Shown here: one piece after another, positions 39,995 to 49,844 of the stretch
How positions within the stretch are numbered: the stretch's first letter is position 1
Layout: each line of letters starts with the position of its first letter
NCBI GenBank assembly: GCA_949358305.1
Contig: OX442314.1
Span: 24,614,001-24,678,000 of the forward strand
Direction of reading: 5' to 3'
From: Strigamia acuminata
Taxonomy: Eukaryota
Length of the DNA: 64,000 bases
Translations under genes and position numbers: made by a program
Notes under the pieces: generated by a model
Database searches by the model: none
What the model was told of the DNA's origin: nothing
Seen by the model: the letters and a program-made list of their open reading frames with translations, nothing else

Positions 39995-42900
39995 ATGGAC
40001 GCCCTTGATCGTTTGCGCGCTCAACAAGCCACGTCCAGAGAAGGAGCCAAGCGGTTATGTAATGCGGTACTCGTCGAATTAGCCAACGTTGCTCCAGAAA
40101 TCCTCGCGTTGAAACGATTAAAAAACCAGTTGTTAGCAAAGAGTGAACAATTGACAGCGCTCGACGATAAGATATCGCCGATGATTGTTACGCGTGCGGA
40201 TTTGGAGAAAGAAGAAAGCGACAACGAAGATTTCCGTGAGTTGATAATCGACTCTCTTACCGATATTGAAGTCAAATTGGAAGAACTTTTACGGCCACCA
40301 GCACCAGTTATACCCCCAGCGATTCCAATCGGCGGCAGCGCCACGAGCAACTCAGGCGAAGGGACAATAAAGCTGCCAAAGTTAGTAATGCGGAATTTCA
40401 GCGGGAATCCTGTTGAGTGGTCAAAGTTTTGGTCCAATTTCGAGTTGAGTGTCCACGGCAACGGTTCACTTACAGCAAAAGCCAAATTCGTATATTTGAA
40501 CTCAGTTCTCGAAGGTACTGCAGCAACAGTTGTTCATGGTCTCAAAATCAGCGATGAGAACTATGAAACTGCAGTGACTTTACTTCAAAATCGATTTGGG
40601 CGAAAAGAAGTCATCGTGAACGCTCACATTCAGACTTTGATGAAACTTAAACCAGTAAAACGAGTTAGCGACCTCGTTGAGTTGCGTAGACTCTACGACA
40701 CGTGCGAATTGCATATTCGAAGTCTCGAGACTGAAGAAATCGATACAGCCACGTTTGGAATTGTATTGTGTCCATTGATACGAAATGCGGTGCCTGACGT
40801 TATTGCACTTGATTTTGCACGCAAAAATAAAGAAAACACTCACGATATGAAACTGTTTTTGGAGTTTTTCAGAGCCGAACTGGAGTTACGAGAAGAACAC
40901 GTAGCCGTGAGCGACCAGACAGAGAAACCAGCCGCCAAGACGTTCGTCGACTACAAGAAGCCGACGCGTAACGACAAAATAGCCTCAGCCAATGCATTGA
41001 CTACCAACGTTTCATCATCCAGTTGCGTATTCTGCGACGATGCGTCGCACAAGAAAGAAGATTGTCCACTCAACATTCCAGATCGATTGAAGCGGTGCAT
41101 GACGAAACGAACGTGTTTTAGATGTTTGGGCAGCAAACATATGGCACGCAGCTGTCCCCAGAAAGAGAAGTGTGTGAACTGCGAGCGGTTCCACCATATC
41201 CTGTTGTGCGAGACACCGACTACCAAGCCAGAGACCGTTCTTGTGTCGACGTTGACAGCAGCAGCAATTACAGCAGAGAACACTGACTTATTTTTGCAAG
41301 TATTAATGACAAATGTGGAATCCAACTGTAAAACCAAGGCGGTGCAGTGCATGTTTGATGGCGGAAGCCACAGATCGTTTATTAGCCAGAAACTAGTGAA
41401 TGAACTCGATGCCCAAGTAGTGGGAAAGCAGAACATGCAGATTTCTAGTTTTGGCGATTCCAAAACTGAAAGCGTTTGTCGTCGTCGCGTAAAAGTGACT
41501 TTGCGAAATATAACTGATACTAATAAATTTATTGATCTAGAATTAATTGAAGTACCAAGAATAACTCACTCGGTCGCGAGGCAGTCAGGACCAAACGTGC
41601 GCGAGATGTTGCGCAAACACAAGATCGCGTTAAACATCGACCAGATGTCGACCCAGCAAGACGAGGTGGCAATTTTAATTGGAGCGGACCACTTTTGGCG
41701 TATCGTAACAGGCGAATCAAAACGTTTAGATGAGGGATTGATGTGTCTTCACACGTCTCTCGGTTGGACAATCCACGGCGCGATCAGAAGCCAAGATGAA
41801 ACGGTTAGACAGTCAGCAACCCACGTGAATCTTGTGCAGTACGAAGACCGACTCGACCACCTTCTTCAACGTTTTTGGGAGTTGGAAGCAGTAGGCATCC
41901 CCCACGAAACTCTCACCAGCGCCCAGGACGAAGATGATCAAGCAGTAGCAAAATTTAAAGAGTCCATCAACTGGACGGGTGAGCGGTACGAGGTGCGACT
42001 GCCTTGGTTGCTGGACAAATCAGAGTTGGACAGCAACTATCAAATTGCACTTAAGAGACTGTGGAATCTTGTTCGCAAGTTTAAACAAAATCCGGACTTG
42101 TACCACCGCTATAAGAAGGTTCTGGACGACCAGAAAATCGCTGGAATAATCGAAACGGCCCCAGAAGTAGCCAACCAGACTGGGTGTTACTACCTCCCAC
42201 ATCGACCAGTAATTCGAGAGCGGAGAAGCACCACAAAATTGCGCATAGTCTACGACGCCTCGTCGCACGCGCAGAAGAGTCGCTCTCTCAACGACTGCCT
42301 GTTTACAGGGCCGAATCTCCTTCCAGAATTAATCAATGCCCTTTTATTTTTCAGACAATTCATTGTGGCATTGATTGGAGACATTAAACAAGCGTTTCAT
42401 CAAATTTTGCTGGCGTTAGCTGACCGAGATGCGGTGAGGTTTCTGTGGATCGCGGATGGATGGGACGTTGAAGGACCAATCGTGTTGGAGATTCTCCGAC
42501 AAACCAGAGTCCTATTTGGAGCATCTCCAAGTCCCTATCTCTTGAACGGAACGATACAACACCATCTCGAACAATATGCAGATCGTTTTCCCGAATTAAT
42601 TATGAAATTGTTAAAGAGATTTTATGTTGATGACTTTTTGAACAGTGAAAAGACAACAACAGAAGCCATTGATGTCTACAAGAAGACGTCAACCATCATG
42701 CTCGAAGCCAATATGGAGCTGGTGAAATGGTACAGCAATTCCCCAGTGCTACGAGAGCAATTTGCTGCTGACCATCCAACTGCAACGTTCGAGGATGAGC
42801 AAAAAGTGTTGGGGTTAAAGTGGAACGGCGTTAGAGACGATTTATCACTGGAACTCGAGGATGTGAGGGCAACTTTAGAACGTGATTCGAACACTAAACG

Positions 42901-45193
42901 TCAGGTTATTCAGTTGGTTGCACAGATATTCGATCCTTTAGGATTTGCTTCGCCGTTTACAGTTTCAGGAAAGCTGTTTTTCCAGCAGTTGTGGAAGTTG
43001 CAGATTGGGTGGGACAATCGTGTCCCCCTCGAACTTATCGAACAATGGGAGAAATGGAAAGTGCAGTTGCCATTGTTAGAACATATTCGCGTGCCACGGC
43101 ATTTTGGCTTGGATGCAGACCTGAACAATCACGAAATCCACCTTTTTTGTGATGCAAGCCCCTTAGCGTACGGGGTGGTGGCGTACAATCGTGTGCGTCA
43201 CCCAAATGGAAGTTGTAATGTATTTTTTATTCTTTCCAAATGCAGGATCGCACCAATTAAGACGATTACGTTGCCCAGACTCGAGTTGATGGGAGCTTTG
43301 CTGCTGGCCAGAATTGCGCACAGACTGAAACAATTCACCACTGCAAAAGTTACAGCTTGGACAGATTCGACAATCGTTTTGTGTTGGTTGAACGAGAAAA
43401 GGAAAGCCATTCCATTCGTAGCCAGGAGAGTGGAGGAAATCCAGATACACGTACCTTTTTCGAGTTGGCGACACTGTCCAGGAGTCCAGAATCCAGCAGA
43501 CCTTCTAACACGAGGGATAGATACAGAGGCGTTGATTCAAGCGAATACGTGGTGGAATGGCCCCGAGTGGCTTGTGAAGGACGAGAACGAATGGCCAGAC
43601 ATTAAAATAGACGAGAATAGCGACGAGATCGATTCAGATGACTATTTGGCAGCAGCAGCCGTGATTCCAGAGCCACCATTGATGGACGAGCCATCAAAAT
43701 ACGGCAGCTGGAGACGATTAGTACGAGTGACCGGATGGGTGCAAAGATTCGTCAAAAACACCAGAGACAAAGTTAGAAATGGCGCACCGTTGACGGTGGA
43801 TGAATTATCGGCAGCAGAGCTTTATTGGCTTCGTGTAATGCAACAATCGAACTTTGCAACAGAACTCGCAGCACTCAGCCATCGTCAGGAGTTCGCTCAT
43901 AACTCTTTTTTGAACAAAGTCTCGTGTTATATAGACGAAAATGGTTTAATGCGATTGAATACCAGATTGCGATGGGCAAAAATCGACAGCAACATGAAAA
44001 ATCCTTATGTTTTGCCCTCAAATCACATTTTAACCACTCTTATCGTTTCAGAAGCACATCAAAGAATTTTCCACGGTGGACTTGGAGAGACTTTGGCAGA
44101 AATTCGTCAAAAGTTTTGGATGCCAAAGCTGAGAAGGACAGTAAAAAGCGTGTTACACAAATGTTTCGTGTGCAAGCGAGTGCAAGGACGTTTCGTGCGC
44201 CAGACAGAATCATCGTTGCCACCAGATCGTGTCACTCAAGCTGAGCCATTTCAAGTCGTTGGAGTCGACTTCGCGGGCCCATTGTACCAACGTAGTGGAG
44301 AAAAATGCTACATCGTCGTGTTCACGTGTGCGGTTGTTCGAGCCGTGCACTTGGAATTAGTTTCAAGCATGAATACGGAGCGATTCATTCAGGCATTGAA
44401 ACGATTTTTTGCGCGCAGAGGAGTCCCAAGCACGATCTACTCCGACAATGCGCTGACGTTCAAGCGAACAGAGAAAGAACTTTGTGTTTTGTTGAATGCA
44501 GTGAGAGGTGAACAGATACAAGGATTTCTGACCGAACGAGGCGTGAAATGGCAGTATATAGTCGAACGTGCACCGTGGTGGGGTGGCTTTTGGGAGCGAA
44601 TGGTGAAGTCAACTAAGTCCAGCTTGAAAAAGGTCTTGGGAAAGTCATCCCTAGATTTTGAAGAATTGACAACCATTCTCTCGGAAGTCGAGTCGTGCAT
44701 AAATTCGCGACCACTCTCCTACGTATACACTGAAGACGAAGACAGTCACCCACTCACTCCAGCTCATTTTCTGGTCGGAAAACGAAGCTGTACTTTGCCA
44801 GACCCCAGCCAAAAAACGATTCAACAGTTGCCATCGACATCAGTCACGATTTTGAAGCGTTGGAAACTCCGTCAACTGAAGTTAGGACATTGGTGGACGC
44901 GATGGCAAAAGGAATATCTCACCGAGCTGAGAGTTCACCGTAAAAATGATAAGAATTCACGAGAAGTTAAACAAGGAGATGTAGTTCTCGTAGAAGAGTT
45001 AAACCAGCCCAGGATGACCTGGAAAATAGGAAGAGTCGTTGAGATATTCCGTGGACGAGACGGTCGTGTTCGCGCATGTGAGATAAAGTTACCAGTCGGA
45101 AAGAACTTGCGTCGACCAGTACAGCGATTGTGCGTTCTGGAAACTCACGACATGGAAGAGTTGAGTGGTGATACCACTCCGGCCCCAGTGTGA
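39995..45193 (+). CDS. BEL/Pao gag-pol polyprotein (1732 aa from the first ATG; the ORF track starts at TTG 39977)
   Basis: Pao gag-like LPKL..FSGNPVEWSKFW. Three CCHC knuckles (CVFCDDASHKKEDC, CFRCLGSKHMARSC, CVNCERFHHILLC). Aspartic protease MFDGGS (Asp codon 41357). RT motifs YYLPH, RIVYDAS, GDIKQAF and YVDD (42623-42634). Pao RNase H FCDAS..AYG and TLPRLEL. Integrase Zn domain H..H..C..C, core GVDFAGP, SDNA, GGFWERMV, and C-terminal WQKEYL..RPVQRL. No frameshift or internal stop. Confidence 0.97.
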   Translation: MDALDRLRAQQATSREGAKRLCNAVLVELANVAPEILALKRLKNQLLAKSEQLTALDDKISPMIVTRADLEKEESDNEDFRELIIDSLTDIEVKLEELLRPPAPVIPPAIPIGGSATSNSGEGTIKLPKLVMRNFSGNPVEWSKFWSNFELSVHGNGSLTAKAKFVYLNSVLEGTAATVVHGLKISDENYETAVTLLQNRFGRKEVIVNAHIQTLMKLKPVKRVSDLVELRRLYDTCELHIRSLETEEIDTATFGIVLCPLIRNAVPDVIALDFARKNKENTHDMKLFLEFFRAELELREEHVAVSDQTEKPAAKTFVDYKKPTRNDKIASANALTTNVSSSSCVFCDDASHKKEDCPLNIPDRLKRCMTKRTCFRCLGSKHMARSCPQKEKCVNCERFHHILLCETPTTKPETVLVSTLTAAAITAENTDLFLQVLMTNVESNCKTKAVQCMFDGGSHRSFISQKLVNELDAQVVGKQNMQISSFGDSKTESVCRRRVKVTLRNITDTNKFIDLELIEVPRITHSVARQSGPNVREMLRKHKIALNIDQMSTQQDEVAILIGADHFWRIVTGESKRLDEGLMCLHTSLGWTIHGAIRSQDETVRQSATHVNLVQYEDRLDHLLQRFWELEAVGIPHETLTSAQDEDDQAVAKFKESINWTGERYEVRLPWLLDKSELDSNYQIALKRLWNLVRKFKQNPDLYHRYKKVLDDQKIAGIIETAPEVANQTGCYYLPHRPVIRERRSTTKLRIVYDASSHAQKSRSLNDCLFTGPNLLPELINALLFFRQFIVALIGDIKQAFHQILLALADRDAVRFLWIADGWDVEGPIVLEILRQTRVLFGASPSPYLLNGTIQHHLEQYADRFPELIMKLLKRFYVDDFLNSEKTTTEAIDVYKKTSTIMLEANMELVKWYSNSPVLREQFAADHPTATFEDEQKVLGLKWNGVRDDLSLELEDVRATLERDSNTKRQVIQLVAQIFDPLGFASPFTVSGKLFFQQLWKLQIGWDNRVPLELIEQWEKWKVQLPLLEHIRVPRHFGLDADLNNHEIHLFCDASPLAYGVVAYNRVRHPNGSCNVFFILSKCRIAPIKTITLPRLELMGALLLARIAHRLKQFTTAKVTAWTDSTIVLCWLNEKRKAIPFVARRVEEIQIHVPFSSWRHCPGVQNPADLLTRGIDTEALIQANTWWNGPEWLVKDENEWPDIKIDENSDEIDSDDYLAAAAVIPEPPLMDEPSKYGSWRRLVRVTGWVQRFVKNTRDKVRNGAPLTVDELSAAELYWLRVMQQSNFATELAALSHRQEFAHNSFLNKVSCYIDENGLMRLNTRLRWAKIDSNMKNPYVLPSNHILTTLIVSEAHQRIFHGGLGETLAEIRQKFWMPKLRRTVKSVLHKCFVCKRVQGRFVRQTESSLPPDRVTQAEPFQVVGVDFAGPLYQRSGEKCYIVVFTCAVVRAVHLELVSSMNTERFIQALKRFFARRGVPSTIYSDNALTFKRTEKELCVLLNAVRGEQIQGFLTERGVKWQYIVERAPWWGGFWERMVKSTKSSLKKVLGKSSLDFEELTTILSEVESCINSRPLSYVYTEDEDSHPLTPAHFLVGKRSCTLPDPSQKTIQQLPSTSVTILKRWKLRQLKLGHWWTRWQKEYLTELRVHRKNDKNSREVKQGDVVLVEELNQPRMTWKIGRVVEIFRGRDGRVRACEIKLPVGKNLRRPVQRLCVLETHDMEELSGDTTPAPV

Positions 45194-45517
45194 AAACTGG
45201 CGTTGTTAGAAGTAACAAGGTCGCACGAGTTCGAGGGAAAGAGCACGGCGCAGCACAGAGAAGCCAACCTGCAGGAGGTGTTTTTGAGTGATATTGGATG
45301 ACGCGTGACCGGAAGTGCTGTAAAAGTGTCATAAATTATCTTGTTTCACCCTTTGTTCCCCTGAATTTGTACTTGTGACCCCCAGAAATTACAATAAACT
45401 TGTTCTTAACCCAAAAAAGACATGCTTTATTTCGAGAATTCATAAAAGTTAGAAAAGTAGTAAATTTACACAGTTTTAGTCAAAATTAGTTACAAATCGA
45501 CTTTGCGAATCTTCAAA
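45189..45517 (+). repeat. 3' LTR (329 bp)
   Basis: Same sequence as the 5' LTR (offset 5622). AATAAA at 45393-45398. Followed by TSD ACGTC. Confidence 0.95.
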
Positions 45518-46710
45518 ACGTCCTCCTCGCACCAGGAAATTGAGGCAATTCAATTCGCGTGCACCAAAATGTATATATGAAAGCGAAAGAAAACATTTTG
45601 ACGAATACGACTCATACAAAAAACTACAAATCCCAATATAAAAAAATACAAAAAAACCAAAAAAAAAAACATCCCCTCATTTAAACCACCGACTTTCGTT
45701 TACTTCGAAATTGTAAATTCAGAAACAGTCTTCCCTATTGCAGCAATGTTCCAAAATCTAAATAAAAAAACGCGACTATAAAGAAATAATGACGTAGTAG
45801 CATCAATAATGATCAAATTCGAAAGAACGGAAGAATACGACGACGAAGCGCACAAGATTGACGTCACCCCACCCAAGCGTCAGGCAATGCGCCCTACCAT
45901 CCACTCCTGTTGATTTATTGAGGCATGCTCCGAGTGGATCCACCCGTGTTCCAATGAATAAATTTCTCCCGCTCAGTGCATGCAAATAGACCCGAGAACC
46001 AAGCCCGACCGCCGACACACCCATCAGCAAACACCGTCCGTCATTTCCTGCCGTCTGTGGCCATTGCAGTCATAGCATCATTAAACAACTTATCTCTTTC
46101 TCCATGTTTCTTCTCCGTTGCGTTGCTTCGTTTACGACCCAAGTGGCTTTACAGCTGAGCCGAAATATGGGAGGAAAACAATAACCAAGTTGAGCTAACT
46201 GCACCTTGAATAATGCAATTCCGAGACTCGAGACCGGCCTCATTTATTAAAAAATGTTGCCAACATTTTCAGCGAGAAAAACGGAGGAAAAACAAAACAA
46301 ATTGTGATTAGGTTTGACTTCCAACCGATACGGCTTTACCCGATGAAGTCAAGGGCCTATACCACAATTTATGGCCTTCAGGCCCCTCCTGCTCGCACGG
46401 CTCCGTAATCAGCCCATGGGTTCAACATTATTGACTAACGGGTCAATATAATACTATCCTTGTGTGGCTCGACCTTTCCCCTTAATCCCTTCACTGGATC
46501 AAGGTAGAGAAGTGTATACTTTATGTACAGCGCCATCGATTGATTTTAGCCGACCACTGAGATTGAATGACTGTAACACATCTGTTGTACGAACGTCCGG
46601 ACTAAGAGGCTGTCCGCATTGCTAGGTATAGGTTGGGTCACGACAAACTTGTCCAGACCGCAGAGCTGTCCGACGGCACAATGTGCGAACCTCACTGTAT
46701 TGGTGAGCAC

Positions 46711-46883
46711 TGGACAAAAAAATTGTCGCCTTTTCCCTATGCTCCAAAATATGGCAGATGGTCTTCACTTCGGGGTCTTGCACTTGGAGTGGCAGAAGAA
46801 GTGGGGGGGAGGGTGGTTTTGCCCACGCGGACACTGACCTAACCCACTATTACCATGGGAAAAAGCGACAATTTTTTTGTCCA
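46711..46883. mobile_element. Small MITE with ~30-bp TIR TGGACAAAAAAATTGTCGC
   Basis: 46711-46741 is inverted with 46854-46883. TSD not resolved. Confidence 0.7.
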
Positions 46884-49317
46884 TGATTGTACAGGACGTC
46901 CCATATTTTTTAAGTATAACTACGTCTAGGAGAGCATCAATACCACGATAGAAAATAATTCCAGGAATAAACAGTGCCACAATAGAAATCAATTCCCATC
47001 AAGAGATGGCACTAAAAACACAACCAACAATCCCTATCCTACATAGTTCTACGTTGCAGCAGTTACTACAAGTACTGTGCCCCCTCTAAATCTTTTTTGA
47101 GTAAATTAATTTTATCCTGTACGTACAGTCGTGGTCAAAAAAAACTTCCCTTCAGTTTATTTGCCCGGCGTATCTTTTAATACTGTTGTTAGGGCAAGAC
47201 AAGAGACTGGGTCAAGATTGAAGTCATTGAATCTCAATGGATTTTTATGCCACCTGGTAGATAAAATTAAAACAGCTAAACTGAAGAGAAGTTTTTTTTG
47301 TCCAGGCACAGTTTGTTGATGCAATATTACAACTTTTTATGGACAAATGGGCGGCATGCTATGACTACACGCATTTGTTTGATTTGAACAATCCGTCATT
47401 TGTCCTCATAATGGCATCAATTTTGTTGGATTTTGGCTACAGCTGGGACCATAATCACCAGACAAAAATCGTTTTACTTTTTTCAAACAAAACACTCCAG
47501 ATGTGGGGTCCTGTATTAAAAAAAAATAGAAAAAAAAATACAATTTTTTTTTTTAGAATTAAATTCTGCAATCATATTCACTGCTGCAACAATGTCTGGT
47601 ATTCACAAGCAAACAATACAACTAAAAATAAGATTACAATCTGACAATATAAACTAACAAACCAACAACAAAACTATCCTGTACCATTAGCGGTCTCAAT
47701 AGTTACTTTTTAGCTCTATTGTTCAATTAAGACTGCATAAATCAAACACTGGGATTCACAACCTCCCAACAAAACATAAAAAGCCAATAAGTTGACGCAA
47801 GATCCATTAAAGCTAAAAACGTCTTTTTCATGTACCAAAACTGAACAAATATCACTAAATCGAGATATAAAATGCTATCTTTAATCTTTAATAATTTTTA
47901 TCACTTCCTTACCAATCGCCTTCGCGAGATTAATTTTATCTTCTTAAACAATGCCTGAGCACTGCACTCAGAAGCAAAGCATGCGGCTTAGCGGCACAGT
48001 ACCACAACCCATTTCATTTCTCGAATTACACTTTTGTGTACCATCTCGGCAGCTGTTTCCACATCATTAAATCTTACCTCTAAAATCCAAATACAAATGC
48101 AATGGGTTTTCGAGGCCACGATATGAAAAATAATAAAATAATATCGGAGTTCGGTCGACTTTCAACCAGTGTATATATCAATATAAAAAACGGGCGAGTC
48201 GGCGACCACAATAATATGCACACTCGTATGTTTTTCGAATCACGAAGTCGTCTTACTTTTACGACTTTTGCGCGTATGGACCAAGTCTGACGTCTATAAA
48301 AACATATTAATATAAAGTAGGTATGTAGTAGAGAAAGCCATCGGCGTAACTAATTCTCGTAAATAATTCAACAGGCATTTCGTGGTAAAAGAAAAAAGAC
48401 ACCGAATACATTGCAAACTTCCATCTTGAATCTGAAGGACAAGCAATTTGTTTACTTTTCATTACGCCCTAGTAATTCGCAGAAAGGAAGGCGGCCAAAA
48501 TCCTCCTAATGACTTTTAGTCGCTTTATTTTTTTTCCCTTCAAAACTGCACCTTCAACACTGAATTCTTTATCTTTTGTACTTTATTATGTATATTTTTC
48601 TGGCGGTGGCTTTGATCTTTTTTATTTTTTTATTTTTATTTTCCAACATCATAGTTGGCTGCTTCTTTTTCTTGTATATACATTTGTCTTAAACTCTTAA
48701 GACAGAATTGCACTCTGTGGGTTCAACTTTTCAAATATAAGTTGATTCATTATAGAGTTCCATTTAATTCCAAATTTTATTGGATTTTCTACTTGTTGCG
48801 GAAGGAATTAGTCCTTTTACATGTTGTTTTTGTTTGTTTGCAAGACAAAAGTTTACAAAAAACAACACAAGTTTTCTCTGTGTGTAAATATTGTGGTTTT
48901 ATACCCTACAACGTGAATCATGAATCAGATCAAATATTGTGAAAGAATGAAATAAAAAGCAATTATGCAAATCAACTTTAATGTCCTGGAAACTGCACAT
49001 CAACATGTTTTTGTATCACAAAACTTGGAAGACTTATTTTTCAGAAATTTATTTTGACCCATTTAATGTACACAAAAAAGCTTTAATGCCATTTGTAAAG
49101 AATGTCTCCGTAATCCTCCTCAATATTGAACATCCATTTATTCTCTCCTAGGCAAACAGCATTATGAGTAGTCTAATTGATGTGCAAATTTAACTTTGTC
49201 GCATACGACATCATGTCTAACAGAAAACTAACACCATGTATACACACAGGGTTTTCCAGATAAATAAATTTCAGATTTACCATCGATCTGGAAAAGTTCG
49301 TCCACGTAAACTTACTA

Positions 49318-49844
49318 TATTCCAAACCAATACAACGTTGACCTATTTCCAATTGGTTGAGCCGTATCACTGGTGTAGTGGCTCAAAAAAGTAGCCCATA
49401 ACACCAGAATTGTATTCTAACTAGACAAAACAACCAATAAAAGACTAAACCTTTGTTTACCTGCCAAAAAAAATATGCTAACATTTTTTGATTGAATAAA
49501 AACAAGCAAAACAGCAGATTTAGCAAATTAAATAAACAATTTATCACCAATTAAATAAAATCCATCATTCTAATCACTTTTTACACTAGCTGCATTCAAA
49601 AATAAAAATAAAAACTTTAGCTTAACTGTATTTTAAGTTTTAGCATGGGTTTAAACAGGAAATGATGTCATTTTTGGTTTAAAATTGAAGTAAAACACAA
49701 AATATTTTAGTTTTTGAATGCAGCTACTGAAATTTATTGAAAATAAACAGAACTACTTTTCCGCGTAGTAGAGCACAGTCCACAGTTAGGCGTAATTCGG
49801 CGCAACCAATTGGAAATAGGTCAATGTTGTGTCGGTTTGGAGTA
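49318..49844. mobile_element. Mariner-type MITE (TA TSD) with a nested ACT-TSD element at 49588-49725
   Basis: TA|TATTCCAAACCAATACAACGTTGACCTATTTCCAATTGGTTG ... CAACCAATTGGAAATAGGTCAATGTTGTGTCGGTTTGGAGTA|TA. Confidence 0.88.
49588..49725. mobile_element. MITE AGCTGCATTCAAAA...TTTTGAATGCAGCT with ACT TSD
   Basis: ACT at 49585-49587 and 49726-49728. The empty site (TTTACACTGAAATT) is on the minus strand of the paralogue at about 38295-38308. Confidence 0.88.

Larger units (their letters stand above)
39567..45517 (+). mobile_element. Full-length BEL/Pao-family LTR retrotransposon (5,951 bp), apparently intact and recent
   Basis: Direct repeats at 39567-39895 and 45189-45517. TSD ACGTC at 39562-39566 and 45518-45522. 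PBS at 39896-39913. Single ORF with Pao-type gag, protease, RT, RNase H and integrase in that order. Confidence 0.97.

Noticed and set aside
41351..41371. Protease motif D-G-G-S instead of D-(S/T)-G
   Set aside because: BEL/Pao proteases commonly vary at this position, so it is not evidence of inactivation or novelty.
40021..45332. Antisense and alternative-frame ORFs inside the retrotransposon (for example 154 aa, 170 aa and 121 aa)
   Set aside because: They are shadow ORFs of the long gag-pol frame, mostly with non-ATG starts and no recognisable motifs. There is no env-like ORF.
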